A DNA stretch of 64,000 bases from the human T2T-CHM13v2.0 reference genome, Homo sapiens (GCF_009914755.1 NC_060931.1), one strand, 5' to 3'. Shown: positions 17,571-49,240, counted from the first letter of the stretch. Program-made: numbers and translations. Notes: generated by a model from the sequence alone, not told the origin.

Positions 17571-18502
17571 TAACTTGGCCAAAGCCCTTTGGTGAAAGTA
17601 GGGTATATTTGATGCCAAACCCAAGCTCTTAACAACTCCATATATTGCTTCATGAAGGCCAAGAACATAAAGCTTCAGCAAACAGGCAATGGGAAGCCAC
17701 TAAAGAATTCTCAATGGGAATATGAGTCATTAAAGCAAGGTTTTACTTGCAATAGAAAGGAGAATAAACTGGAAAAGGGACCGGGAATTGGATGGGCTGT
17801 ATGCACAGAGAGCCAAGAAAAGCCTGTGAAAAGGTACTAGCTGGAGGTGATAAGGGCCTGAACTAAAGAGGACAGCAACAGAAATACAAAGAACATCAAG
17901 AGTAAAAGACATGGCAAAGGAGAGTTCAACAGGCGGGTTCCTGGGGAAGCACAGCAAGTGATAGAGTAAGGAGAATGACTGGAACATGGTCGGTTATCCA
18001 TGACTCTTAAGAAGAAGGTCTACAGTGAAAGGATACTAAGAAAATACTAAGAAAATTGGTCTGCTCTGGCTTGTTCTGGGAAATGATATAACTGTGTCAG
18101 TCTGCAATAAAAAATCTTCCTAGTACTACCCGGGAGAAAGAAATACTGAAAACATAGGCTGAATCAAAGGGGTTGAAGGGAAACCTCAGGTAAGTAGATT
18201 ATTAACTGGAGTATGTAATTTCTTGAACAACTTACTACACTGAAAGTTCTGCGTAAGCTTAGGGGGAAAAAATCCAGATTCCATGATAATATTTTTCTTA
18301 AAGAAAGATGGGTTCACACACACAAAACCAAAACCAAACCAAAATTCCATTAACACTGCATATAAGAACAAAGTGCAGACCACATGACACAATCAAATTT
18401 TCAGCATGAATTTCTCTGAACTAAAGAAATAATATAAGAGCTCTTTCTAAGTTTCCACCAAAAACAGGGTACATGAATTACAGTGAGGATAACACACGCA
18501 TT

Positions 18503-20190
<1,688 letters not shown>

Positions 20191-21194
20191 ACCGTACAAA
20201 AGGAAGAAGAGATGAACACACAGGCAGGCTAAACAAAGTTATCTGCACACAAATTCAACAGAAATATCAAAGATGCTTTTACTACACAAATTTAAACTTC
20301 AAACTTTTTACAGGCAATGAGTAGAATACATACTGATTCCATGCAGAACACTGGAATGGGCAAACACTGCTAATTAGGAGGAGTTCTTCCATCTACGCAT
20401 ACTTTCATTCTACAGATGTTTACTAGAGCATCATCTCTAAGCCTGACCCTAGCTGAGGGTTTTCTTCTGGCAGGGCAACTGAACAAAACACACATCTAAT
20501 ACAGTAATTTCTATATGAGTTAAACATTTCCATTTTTTTCCCCAGCTTTACTGAGGTACAACTGACAATAAAAACTGAATATATTAGTAGTGTACATGTC
20601 TTGAAATATGTGTACACTGTGAAATGATTAGCACAAAACAGCTAATTAACCTAACCCAGTATGACATATAGACTCTGTGTGTGTGTACATGATGAGAACA
20701 TTCAAGTCTACTCTGTTAACAAATTCCAAGTACACAATAATGTTAACTATAGTCATCATGCTGTCTATTAGATCTGCAGAATTTAACCACGTTATAACTG
20801 AAACTTTGTACACAACTCTTCAATTATCTATTATTTAATCTCCATCCAAGGATACTTAGTAAATAAACCCAGTAAGTTATTTCTTCTAAATTACTTCCTA
20901 ATGAACTAAGTGGATGTTTTATAGTAGATACTGAACAAAAACAATGTAATTGTACCATGTCACATACCTTAAAAAAAAAAACGACAGGCAAAAAACGTAT
21001 GCCTGACAATTACATGTTGTTCCCTTCACAACACAAAATATCATTAAATACTGACTTAATAAGAGTTCAAAATGTTATGCACTGATACATATGTAACATA
21101 CATAACATATATACATTATGCACTGATACATATGTAATACATATACATATTTGTAAACAGCATTCATGTTGAAAGCCTAACCAATTAGGTACTA

Positions 21195-21428
<234 letters not shown>

Positions 21429-21519
21429 TTATAAAATACAACATCAACCCTATCAGTAATACCAAAAGTGAGAAAATGTTGTATCTCACTTAAATAACAA
21501 GAACTGACATTACTAAATA

Positions 21520-22130
<611 letters not shown>

Positions 22131-22639
22131 ACTTACTCTGTGCCATATATTATTTCACGTGTACTCCAAACAACCTTAGGCAATAATGTAATTAACCCCA
22201 CTGTAGGCATGAGGACATGGCACTTTCTAGGTGTAGAGTGCACTTAGAAAGTGCCAGGTGGCTGAGCCACTACTCAAGCCTACACTGAGCTGCACTCTCA
22301 CCCATCTCAGCACACTCCCTGGAAATCAGCCTGATGAAACAGGCAAGACTGAAACCTCCTAGGAACTGACATGAAACAAATACAGAGCTCCAGTATCTCA
22401 AGTGTCCTAACTGCCTGCCTAAATTTCTACTTGATAAGCTACATAAAACACATTATAAAATAAAAATTTAGTAAACACAGTTAAGACCTATTTAATCTTT
22501 TCCTTGAATAATATCTTACATTATACAACTAGATCAATTTTAATACTATAGGCAGGTGTTAAGAATGTATGATCACCATTTAAGACATGGTATTAAGACT
22601 TAATCTATAGTAACAACATCTCAGGAATCTGGATTTTCT

Positions 22640-23081
<442 letters not shown>

Positions 23082-23823
23082 TAGGTATTTCAGCCTTCAC
23101 AACTATGATACCTCCAATTTCATTATATATTCATGTCATTCATACAGGAAGATTACAAATGGCTCTGAAACCCTTTGAGAACATTTTATTCATCCCTGGA
23201 GGCTTACATTTGACTTTAGAATCAAAAAAAGTGGTTGATTTAATCAACTATAATAACTGAATATGCTATATTAAAACAATATTATTTTAAATATTTTTAG
23301 TGAAAAAAAGAAAAATCTTTCTATACTGTTTAAGAATGTAAGCACTACAGATTTATGCGCAGATAATCTAAAGCCAGAAGTTTCTTACTATTTCCCAGGC
23401 TCATTACAAAAACGGCAGATTATTTAAGGACTACATTTAGCAGCAGGCATAGGGCGAGGCCCAGGATATCCCAAACATAACCTAAGTCTTCTCAAAGCAC
23501 TGGCATATCTGGATATGATGATTACTTCGCATTTTGCTTAACAGTAAAAATACCCACTAGAACGTATATTTCAAAAACCTCTATTTACCCACGGATTAAG
23601 TAGTTTCTCCAAAGAAATGTTCTATTAGCTGTCCCAAGAAGGACCTTGCAAGTCGGACACAGAAGAAGTGAGTGCTCTGCCGCTATCTGCTTACTGATTT
23701 ATCTATCCAAAGGGAAAAATATACTCAGCAGTTAGCAGAAATTAACTGGAGAAAAAGGACGAGGTAACATTAGCAGCCACTGGTACTTCCTAGTATACTC
23801 AAGATGAATTTCTAAAAGAAATA

Positions 23824-25408
<1,585 letters not shown>

Positions 25409-26095
25409 TATAAAAACCTTCTCAAATATATAGAGTGAAGGAAATGCTTCCCTAGTTGATCATGACTTAGTAGATGCATAAACTGGATGTCATTTTGGAG
25501 TTTAAATCTGGGAAAAAGCCTTATCCTTAGGCTTCTGACATTTGTGAAAGTAAAATATCAAAATGGTGGATCTGTTCCAAACATGATATAAAGAGCAAAA
25601 AATCTGAAAGAAGCCAGAAGACCACAGCTACTGACACAACCTAGCACCCATCAGTCATGTGCCTCTGAGTAAAGTGGTCCGATTTTCTTGAACCTTGGAA
25701 AATGAAAGTACTGCCTACTCCAGGCACACAAAGGGCTATCTCAGAGGATCCAACACCCACATAAAGAAAAAGTATTCATGACACTGAAGGCATCATCTCT
25801 TCTCTTCATTTTTGCTTTCTTCTCTGAGCTACAGGTTTTGGGATACTTTGCTCTCTGTCACTTCTCCCTGGAGCTACCCTTTGCCAACTCCTCAGGTAGA
25901 GGAAGGATAAGGATAACATGCCAACCCTTTCTACAATCCTAATTCACTTCCTCCTGAGTCCCCATCAAAACCAACAAGCATCCACATAACTTAGTAGCAT
26001 GGTCAAAACTGATATTCTCAAAAAAGAAAGGAAAGTCAAGGGACACCTTTGCTTGTCTTCTTCCTAGACACACTTCCAAAGATAACTAGTATTAG

Positions 26096-26773
26096 TGAGA
26101 GGTGAAGCCAGCTGGACTTCCTGGGTCGAGTGGGGACTTTGAAAACTTTTCTGTCTAGCTAGAGGACTGTAAATGCACCAATCAGTGCTCTGTGTCTATC
26201 TAAAGATTGTAAATGCACCAATCAGTGCTCTGTGTCTAGCTAAAGGATTGTAAATGCACCAATCAGCACTCTGTAAAAACGCACTGACCAGTGGTCTGTG
26301 TCTAAAGGATTGTAAATGCACCAATCAGCAATCTGTAAAAACACACTAATCAGCACTGTGTCTACCTAAAGGATTGTAAATGCACCAATCAGCACTCTGT
26401 AAAATGGACCAATCGGCAGGTCCATTTCTCCAACGTGGGCACGGACAAATGAGGGAATAAAAGCTGGCCACCCGAACCAGCAGCAGCAACCTGCTTGGGT
26501 CCCCTTCCATGCTGTGGAAGCTTTGTTCTTTCACTCTTCAAAATAAATCTTGTTGCTGCTCACTTTTTGGGTCCACACCAACTTTAAGAGCTGTAACACT
26601 CACCATGAGGGTCTGTGGCTTCATTCCTGAAGTCAGCGAGACCACGAACCCACCGGGAGGAACAAACAACTCTGGATGCGCCACCTTTAAGAGCTGTAAC
26701 ACTCACTGCAAGGTCCGCAGCTTCATTCTTGAAGTCAGTGAGACCAAGAACCCACCAGAAGGAAACGGACACA
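26096..26773 (+). mobile_element. ERV9 solo LTR12 (LTR12F-like)
   Basis: TGAGAGGTGAAGCCAGCTGG...GGACACA termini; tandem ~40-bp GCACCAATCAG units; flanks TTAG/TTAC as imperfect 4-bp TSD. Confidence 0.88.
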
Positions 26774-27945
26774 TTACGACTAAGGCCATCCATCCTTTTA
26801 AAAAACATGAGAAACACCTACACTTATAGCTGACCAAGAAACACTTTCCTCTGTTAAGAATCACTAACTTCTGTCAGGATAATTTAAATACTCTGTGGAT
26901 CATAGTCTAACAAGAAACAGAAAAATGTAAATTGAGCAAATTAATCTGAAACTGAACAACTAAAGTAAGTGAATACAGACTTAGGAGTAAACAATATTGT
27001 TAAAAATGATTCAAATATGTCTTTAAAAGTTCATTTTTGCAATACCAAGGAAATCTGTATTAAGAAGTCTCCAATACCAACGATATCTGACGAGATATCA
27101 AGAACCCGTTAATGTCTTTGGTGAGTTTTAAGGTTATGTTTAAAAGTTCATATTTTTTTCAAAGATTCACAATGACACAGAAGTAAAAGGACATGACTTC
27201 TAGGATTTGCTCTATAATAATTCAGCAAGAAAAGATAGATGGATCAATTATGGCCAGACCATGACAATTATTAAACTTGAGTGACGAATTTACAACAATT
27301 TACTGTAGTATGATCTCTTTCTTATATGTTTGAAATTTCTCCCAATAAGTTTGTAAAGAAAAACAATAAAGGTATTTTCGATCAAGCACTGGCTTATGTC
27401 AGATTTATCAAGGAGTATAGAAAATGCAGAGTATAGAAAATGCATCATTTTACTTTTCCTTAACTTTTGCAATATAGCTAACCAGGAATAAAATCAAGAA
27501 AACCAAAATGTTTCCATATTCACCTGACAGAAAGATGAGCCTCTGCAGGACAATTATTTGAAAGGCTCAGTTGTATCATTTTGGAAAAAGAATTTGGCAA
27601 TTATTAGTACTATTCAGAACTAAGAGCAGTCAAGCGCCACCTTGGGATGTGGACATTTACAGAGCATTTTTCCTTTTATCTTAACCAATGCTCCATTTTC
27701 ACATGGTGCTTTGCAGCCACTGGGGCACACACAGATTGTCCTTATGCACTGGTTTTAGAAAGTTTAAAACACAAAGAAGTGGTGCTGATGTATGCTTTTA
27801 TCTACCACCACAAAAAAAACTTTACCACTATTAATGGGAAGAGATCAATAATTAATTCCACACCAAAATTAAGTCAAGTTGTTGTGTTAAAAATAAGTTT
27901 CTAAGATGCTACTCTACCAAACACCCCAAAAAGCCATGAAAACTA

Positions 27946-28182
<237 letters not shown>

Positions 28183-28314
28183 CTATGCCAAGAAAAATGA
28201 ATGCAAGAACACAGGAGTTTGAGACAAAGCATGTTTTCCCATTATAACACCAATACTGTTTAAATAAAAGTATATTTTAAAATAAAAAATTCATCACAAA
28301 GTTATAAAAAATAA

Positions 28315-28644
<330 letters not shown>

Positions 28645-28707
28645 TAGTATTACCCAGAAAAATCTTTCTGTAAAATTTTAAGTCATTAAGTTTTCTTATA
28701 TCATTCA

Positions 28708-28842
<135 letters not shown>

Positions 28843-28878
28843 TTATCTATATTATCAGTAGAAAGAATCACTGGTATC

Positions 28879-29212
28879 CAGGTTGAGCATCCCTAATTGG
28901 AAAATGTAAAATCCAAAATGCGCCAAAACCTAAAACATTATGAGTGTGTCAACACGATGCCACAGTGTAAAATTCCACCTCTGACTGCAATCAAAACTCA
29001 GTAAAAGATTTGCATGTTGCACAAGATTATTTAAAATATCGTATAAAATTGCCTTCAGGGTATGTGTATATGGTGTATATGAAATATAATGAATTTTGTG
29101 TTTAGATCTGGGTCACATCTCCAAGATAGGTCATTGTGTATATACACAAATATTCCAAAATCCAAAACACTTCTGGTCTCAAAGCATTTCAGATAAGGGA
29201 TATTCAACTTGT
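28879..29212. mobile_element. Tigger4/Zombi-like non-autonomous DNA transposon
   Basis: Inverted termini CAGGTTGAGCATCCCT / AGGGATATTCAACTTG-TA. Confidence 0.7.
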
Positions 29213-29436
29213 AATGAGATCTATCCAATACACAGAAACATAAGCTTTCCTTTAAAATAGTACTTTTCAAATGGTGGGGCCACATTAAATAGTAGTATGG
29301 GTCAAGACAATCTCTTTTATGTTTTGTTTTGTTTTTTCCCTAATTAAAATAAGACTAGATAAACATCAGAGTTATCACGAATATTACACACCAACCTAAT
29401 AGTGAAAACCATTCTCTTTTAACACTTTTGTTTCAG

Positions 29437-29464
29437 TACACACACACACACACACACGCACCAA

Positions 29465-29511
<47 letters not shown>
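29437..29511. repeat. (CA)n-CCAAA-(TG)n inverted dinucleotide repeat
   Basis: 23-nt CA run, 5-nt spacer, 45-nt TG run. Confidence 0.95.
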
Positions 29512-29513
<2 letters not shown>

Positions 29514-29883
29514 GAGTAGCAATGAAGTTTCTTACTATGGGTCATGGCTTTGAAAAGTTAAAAATGACTGATTTGAAACGCCTATACTATACATTATGTT
29601 TGTCTGATATGGATGAATTACTAGAAAAATAATATAATCCCAGTGTAAAACAATTTCAATGAATTAACTTTGAAATAAAGCTGGAAGCAAGTAATATTTT
29701 AAGATTTCAAATGAACTTCAAACTAAGGCAGGGGGCAGGAAGGAATCTAGCCAGCTGAGGCAGGCCTGTGCTAAGCACTTCACATACCTCAACAAAGCAG
29801 TGGTGACCCTCAGCCATACCTTCTTAGAACACAGATGTTGAACTACTCCAGGAAACAAATGCACAAATGACAAAGAACACTTA

Positions 29884-29994
<111 letters not shown>

Positions 29995-30171
29995 TTAAAA
30001 AACAAGAAAGAAAGAAAAAAATTCAAAATATTCGAAAAGTAGTAATAAACATTTCATCTCTTTTGTCATTCTTGATGTCATTAAAGAAAGCTCTACATAA
30101 TACATGCAGACTAAAACATGTTTAATAATACAACATTTTTTTCAGGAATATCTTTCAACAAGAAAAAGTGT

Positions 30172-31419
<1,248 letters not shown>

Positions 31420-31420
<1 letters not shown>

Positions 31421-31578
31421 AGAAAGACAAGAAAGACAAGAAAGAAAGAAAAGGAAAGAAAGGGAAGAAAGGGAGGAAGGAAGGAAGGAAGGAAGGAAGG
31501 AAGGAAGGAAGGAAGGAAGGAAGGAAGGACGGGAGGGAGGGAGGGAGGGAGGGAGAGAGAGAGGGAGAGAAAGAGAAA

Positions 31579-31635
<57 letters not shown>

Positions 31636-31656
31636 GAGAAAGAAAAAGAAAAAGGA

Positions 31657-31712
<56 letters not shown>

Positions 31713-31850
31713 GAAAGAAAGAAAGAAAGAGAAAGAAAGAAAGAAAGAGAGGAAGGAAGGAAGGAAGGAAGGAAAGGCAGGCAAGGAAAAGAAAAAAGAA
31801 AAGAAAGAAAGGGGAGGGGAGGGGAGGGGACGGGAAGGGAGAGGAAGAAA
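31420..31850 (+). repeat. Compound polypurine microsatellite (GGAA/GGGA/GAAA) grown from an Alu tail
   Basis: About 430 nt almost all purine; (GGAA)13 at 31475-31526. Confidence 0.95.
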
Positions 31851-32619
31851 TCAGCTATAGAGGGCACCCTATTAAGGTAGATTCTTGAGGGCAAGTAGGG
31901 TGCCTCACTGATATCTGGCATGAGAAGTTCTTCACTTCGCATTTTTAAGCAGAATAAGCAAGCTACAAACTAGCATGGATAATATGGTACACTTTTTGTG
32001 AAATACGGAGGATAAGATGTTAGGAATGGACATTCCTGGGTATAAAATTACTCTTAAGTCTCTTTATCTACATTTTATTCTTTTTATCTATGCTTTTTCA
32101 ATTTCTTCAATTTTTCTAAAACAATATTTTACTACTTTTTTACTTTGGAAACAGATTTTTCATTCTTTTAACATTTGCTTTTTTATTGTAAAGATGTTAT
32201 TTCTTTTTTAATCTGCAGAATTCTTACAAATTACTCAATAAAGATGTGGATGGCTTGTGCCTAGTCTTAAGAGCTCTAGAGCAGTTATAGGAAGTATCTA
32301 ACCAGATCCTTCAATATATTCCCAGAGGGCTCTCAATAATACTTCAAGAATATATTTCTGAACATTTAAATTGTGTTGGATTAGTGAAGCAGGAATCTGA
32401 CCAGATACTGAGTTCATGAGATTCTTACCCTTCTACTGCCTCTGCACTTGCTTGTCCTGGATTTGAATCTCAAGGTGTATGACAACATTTTGGGCTAAAT
32501 ATATGAACTAAATGATAGTGAATTAGGAATAAAATGTAGCAAATTATTAAATGGCTTACTACTTAGAAGATTAAACTAAAATTAATTAAAAGAAATGAGC
32601 TCTGAGTTTATAATACAGT

Positions 32620-35890
<3,271 letters not shown>

Positions 35891-37287
35891 GAAAGAAGAG
35901 GATTCAAATCACACAAAGTATGTCCTCAGACCATAACAGAATTAAATTACAAACCAAGAAGAGAAAATACTCAGAAATTTGGAAACTAAGTAACACAATT
36001 CAAAAATAACCCATGGGATAAAGAAGAAATCAAAAAGAAAATAGCAAGTATTTCTTACATTAAGTGAAAATGAAAACTTAATATATCAGAATCTATGAAA
36101 TGCTGTTAAAGCAAACTCAGAGGGAAATTTATAGCACTAAATGCCTATACCAGAAAAGATCTCAAAAAAGTAATCTTAGTTTCCACCTTAGAAAACTAAA
36201 AAAATAGCAAACTTAACCCAAAGCAAACGGAAGAATGAAAATATAATAATAATATGAACTATAAATAAGTAAAACAAAAAAGCATAAGAACAGTCGAGAA
36301 AATCAGTGAAAACAAAAGCTGGTTCTTTAAGAAAATAAAAGCAATTAACAAATTTCGGGCCAGGCAGATTGGGCAGTGAGAGAAAACACAAATTACCATC
36401 ATGAGCAATGAGTGAGGTAATGTCACTATGTATTTTTGAGGTATTAAAAAGATAGAAGGGAATATTATCATGTTATACCTATACATGTGAAAACTTAGAT
36501 AAAATGGACAAATACCTGAAAAGTCACAAACCACTCAAGGTCCAAACAGAAAAAAAAATCTGAAAAACCATGTATCTATTTTAAAAAATGAATTTATTGT
36601 TCAAAATCTTCCCATAAAAAATGCATTGGTATATTTTATCTTGATATTATGAAAAAAATACTACAAATTCCTCCTAAAAAGTAAAAAAAGAGGAAATACT
36701 TCCAGTTTTGATCCTATGAAGCCAGCATTTTTTATTCCAAAGCCAGGCAAAGACATTATAAGAAAACTGCAGACCAATTTTCCTCATAATGTGGATACAA
36801 ACGTTCCAGACAAACGTTCAACAAATCAAATCAAATAATATATCAAAAGGATAAAACATCATGATCAAATGGGGTTTATTCCAGGAACACAAACTTGGGT
36901 CAGTATTCAAAATCCAACTGATGTAATTCATCATAATTAATATGCTAAAAAAGAAAATCTATATGATGAGCACATCAGACACAGAAAATCATCTGACAAT
37001 ATGAAACATTCATTCTTGATCACAATTCTCAATGAAGCAGGAATAGAGGAACATCAATGAAAAGCCCACAGATAACATCAGATTTAACTATTAAAGACCA
37101 AATGCTTTCCCCCTAATATCAGAAACAAGATAAGGATGTCTGCTCTCCCCATTTCTAGTCTGCTGTTTTGGAAGCTCTAACTAGTACAGTCATGCAAAAT
37201 AAATAAAAAGGCATCACTGCTGGAAAAAAAAGAAATAAAATTTATCTTTATTCACAGACAAGCCACAGAGATGTATGTGGTTTTGCA

Positions 37288-37473
37288 TATATGTGTGTGT
37301 GTGTGTGTGTGTGTATGTATATATGTGTGTGTGTGTGTGTATATACGTGTGTGTGTATATATATATATATATATGCACAGTGGCATATGGTTTTACATAC
37401 ATATATATAGATGTATGCATGTGTGTGTGTACATATATATGTATGTGTATGTGTGTGTGTGTGTATGTATGTA

Positions 37474-37519
<46 letters not shown>
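37288..37519. repeat. (TG)/(TA) alternating microsatellite
   Basis: About 230 nt of mostly alternating purine-pyrimidine. Confidence 0.93.
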
Positions 37520-45085
<7,566 letters not shown>

Positions 45086-46919
45086 TGACAGAATAATCCA
45101 AACCACTGTTACAAAATATATGTTGTTATAAAATTTACCCTTAAATTTCTATGGAAACCAAATACACGATCTTTCAAGTCCATTTAACTGTCTAGTTAAG
45201 ACGCTTAATAGTATTCTATAAGCTAAGTGTCCCAGAGGAATGCTACAGATTTGATTTTTCAGGTATACTTTGTATTTTAATGAAAGCAGTCTGTATGTCT
45301 ATACAGGCCTCTTCCTTGATTTAGGTTGCTAGAAGCTTTTAACTTCAGTGTTCAAAAGAACAATATTCCCTCAGTGCTTAAATGTATATAACAGTTTGTA
45401 TGAGATTTGTATAATGAAGGTCAGTTTGGCTGGATGTAAAATATTTGACTGACATTTTCTTTCCTTGAGTATGTTAAATGTACTTCTCTAGTGTCTTCTG
45501 GCCTAACATTTTGCTGCAAAAATACTTAATAACAATCTGGTTATCCCCTAATAAGTCATGTGGTCTTTCCATCTAAGAATTTTACCACTTTATCTAGGCT
45601 GCAATGTTTATTGGGACTTTATGATAGTTTTTATATATTATTTCTAATTCCTTCTTATTCTTAACCTTCTCCTTGTTTCATGGGCAAAGGAGGAGTAGAC
45701 ATTCTATGAGATCATTAAAAGGACTTTCCTCCAGAATAAAGAACATGAGCTTGAGTACATGAACTTTAGTACGTGAACTTGGACATTGTTTGTATCTGTT
45801 CAAAAACTTTGGGCTCATTTCTCGGTTCTTAATTATGTTTCAGATAAATAAATGTATAATATATTGAATTATGAACTGAAGAAACATAACTGATCTTAGA
45901 ATGAGAAAGTCTTAGCTGAGTCAAAGTAGAATTCAGAAATCAGAATCCACTTAAGACATGAGATTTCTTTTAAAAGAAAAAATTAAAAAAAGAGAAAAAG
46001 AAATAAGATTTATATCTAAAAGAAAAAATTCTTAGTAACTAAAAAAATTTAACAATTAAAATAACTCAGAAAACAGCTCTCTGGCTGTTTAAAACTAAAA
46101 GCCCTCATTATCCACATTCCAACCTCAAAATATAACTAAAAAATTAAGTTCCTTCCAAAGGTTAGGACCTATTTCAGGCTCCTGCTGTTCATGGAGTGCA
46201 AGGGTATATATTATAGCACATATCCATGTCTGACTCATAACTGAAGACATGTTCCCAGGTGTATGTTACGTTCTCTTGTCAAAAAATAATAATAATAATA
46301 CACTGTAAATAATCTAAATTCTAAACTACTCTAATGAAATTCTTAATTATTCTAAAAAATGAGAAAGAGAAAAAAGGTCTTAGAGACAAACTGACTACAA
46401 AAAGAATAAGTAAAAGGTCTCTATGTGGAAAACAAAACTGATTTTTGAGCCTCACTCGAAAGCCCCACCTAGTTTTATAATCCAAGAATAATTCATGCTT
46501 TCCAGTTTAATCACCATCAAAAAGTCTAACTCATGCACCAACTTGTACATACTCCTTTGTTAGGCACCCAACATAGCAATTTAGACATACTTAGTAGACT
46601 CTAGGCTTAGAAGGCTTATAATCCATGCCAGACAAAAAGAGAATTAGATAAATACATGTCCTAAAAAAGGGGGTTAGTTTACTGTACCTACATAACTATA
46701 ACTACATATATTTGGAAGTCTGCATCTTTTTATAGATTTTATTCCCCTAGAATGTTCTGGGCTATGGGACGAATATGTCTTTATCAGTCAACTTTAGGTT
46801 TAATGTCTGCAAAATAAAGGTTTCATCTTGATTTATATAAGGTATTTTCAAACTACACAAATCTCTATTTCTATGAATGTTGTATCATTTGACAGTAGGA
46901 AGAATGCCCTTGCTTATAG

Positions 46920-47275
46920 GTTTTTACTTTTTAAATTTTATTTTAGATTCAGGGAGTACATGTGCAGGTTTGTTATGTGTATATATTACACAATGGTGGG
47001 GTTTGGGCTTCCGGTATACCCATCAACCAAATAGTGACCATTATACCCAATAGGTAATTATCAAGCCACACCACCCTCCCAACTTTGCCCCTTTTGGAGT
47101 CCTCAGTGTCTATTGTTTCCATCTTTAAGTCCATGTGTGCCCATTGTTTAGTTCCCACTTACAAGAAAGAACATGCAGTAGCTGATTTTCAGTTTCTAAG
47201 TTTTTTCACTTAAAATAATGGCCTCCAGCTTCATCCATGTTGCTGCAAAGGAAATCATTTCATTCTCTATGGCTG
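46920..47275 (-). mobile_element. L1 3' end fragment
   Basis: TACATGTGCAGGTTTGTTA...GTTCCCACTTACAAG...TCCATGTTGCTGCAAAG. Confidence 0.75.
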
Positions 47276-47399
47276 CTTTATTGATTTCTTGTTGCTGTAT
47301 TCTGACGGACTGTGTTCTTCAACAAAGGCCGAAACAGTATCTCCCCAACTACCTGCTCTTCTACTATCCCTTCTACTCTGATGTTCTACTATCAAGAAA

Positions 47400-47885
47400 T
47401 GGACTCTAATCATGAAACTGAATGAGCGTCTGATGTGCTTCTAACCAAAAAGAATATAGTGGATGAGACTGTGTGACTTTTGAGGCTAGGTCATAAAAGG
47501 AACACAGCTTCCACTCTGGAAGGTGTGTGTTACCTTTGGGAACTCTAAGTTGCCAGGTAGGAAGTATGACTGCTCTGAGGCCACCATGCTCTGAGAAAGC
47601 CAAGCCATATGCAAAGGGCATGGATAGGTGCTCCATAAGGCTGTCCTAGTTGTTTATCTTTCTAGCCCAGGGGCCAGATGTAAGCTTTCAGTTAATTCTA
47701 GTCCCCAGCCATGAAGCCACATCAAGCCCTTGAGATGTCTCAGTTGAGGCCCCAGATACCGTGAAGCAATGGGCAAGCCATCCCAGCTTTGTCTTTTCTA
47801 AATTCTTGATACATAAAATCATGAACAAAATTAAAAAGGGGTTTAAGGCTAAGTTTGAGGATAATTTATTATACAACAATAATCA
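47400..47885 (+). mobile_element. MLT1 (MaLR) LTR, old
   Basis: TGTGTGACTTTTGAGGCTAGGTCATAAAAGG core and MaLR-like 3' end. Confidence 0.6.
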
Positions 47886-48659
47886 CAACGGTCTTTATTC
47901 TGCTCACCACAACAGCTATGCAAAACCTCCTCCTCGGTTCTGCAGGTAAGATGTGCCTTCAATCTTTAAAAGACTGATCAACTAGCTCCAAAAATCACTC
48001 ATTTAATTCCTTTGTTGCTGGCCTTTCAACTCTACTCAAACCTTATCTCTTCTGCCTAGAAATATGCCCAGATATGTCACACTAAAATAAATGCTTTTTC
48101 TTGCACAAATCTGACCCCACTCCCTAGAAGCTACAATCATTTCATTGCTAAATTTCACCGAATAATCTGCTATGCTTTGCTAATATATCCTCACCTTGAC
48201 ATCTGCCTGACTCATCACTGGCCCCACACATGAGTCTCTAGAGAATTCCCCACAGGTAGTTCACTGTTCCTGTCAGCTTTTACCTTCCTGAAACTGAAAT
48301 TTAGCTTAAACTAAATGCTATTATTAAATCCTTCCGTCTTGAAAACTCTTTTTTTATACCTCAGACCATATAGCCTTGGAAAGATCACCACCATCTCAGT
48401 GTGTTACCAACACAGGCAAAATTACTATTGTCCAAGGGAAGGATTTTGGTGTGGGTGTCTGACCAGACGTTCAGGTTTAAAGTCTCATGGTGAATATGCG
48501 TGGTGTAGTAAGCAGAGCTGAAGAGGCCATTGACAGGATCAATCAAAGGTTTTTTAAAAAAATAGGTAAAACTCATTCATTATAATAGAATTACAGAAGC
48601 AAGTAAGTCACAAGAAAAATAAACATAAAAGGGACAAAGGTGAGTAAATTATAACCAAG

Positions 48660-49240
48660 ATAGGATTGCTGGTGGGAATATACAGTGACACAGCCATCTG
48701 GGGAAATAATCTGACAGCTCCTTAAGTGATTACCATATGACCCAGCACTTCCACTCCTAGATACATACCAAAGAAATGAAAACAAATGTACACTTTAACT
48801 CATATACAAATGTTCACAGCAGCATATTCTCAATAGCCAAAAGTGATAACAACCCAAATGTATATGAACTGCTGTGATACATCCAGAAAATGAAATATTA
48901 ATCATGAAATGAATGAATAAAATACATGGTATAACAAGAATGAATCTTTAAAACATTATAAGTAAAAGAAGCCAAACACAAAAAGTGATGTATTGTGTTT
49001 GTTTATATGAAAATGTCCAGAATAGAGACAAAAAGTAGCTTAGTGATTGCTAAGGGTTGTAGAGGGGAGGAGAATAGGGACTGGCTGTCAATGGACAGTC
49101 ATTTCTTCTGGAGAATGATGAAAATGTTCTGGAATTTTAAAGTGGTGAGTTGCAAAATTATGTGAATATACTGAAAACCACACAATTGTACCCTTTAAAG
49201 CAGAGAATGTTATGTTTGCAAATTATATCTCAATTTTTTA
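48660..49240 (+). mobile_element. Old L1M 3' fragment
   Basis: TTACCATATGACCCAGCA..AATGTTCACAGCAGCAT..TGTGAATATACTGAAAACC. Confidence 0.7.

Noticed and set aside
26161-26415. Regularly spaced repeats resembling an array with spacers
   Set aside because: Normal LTR12 U3 enhancer repeats; not CRISPR
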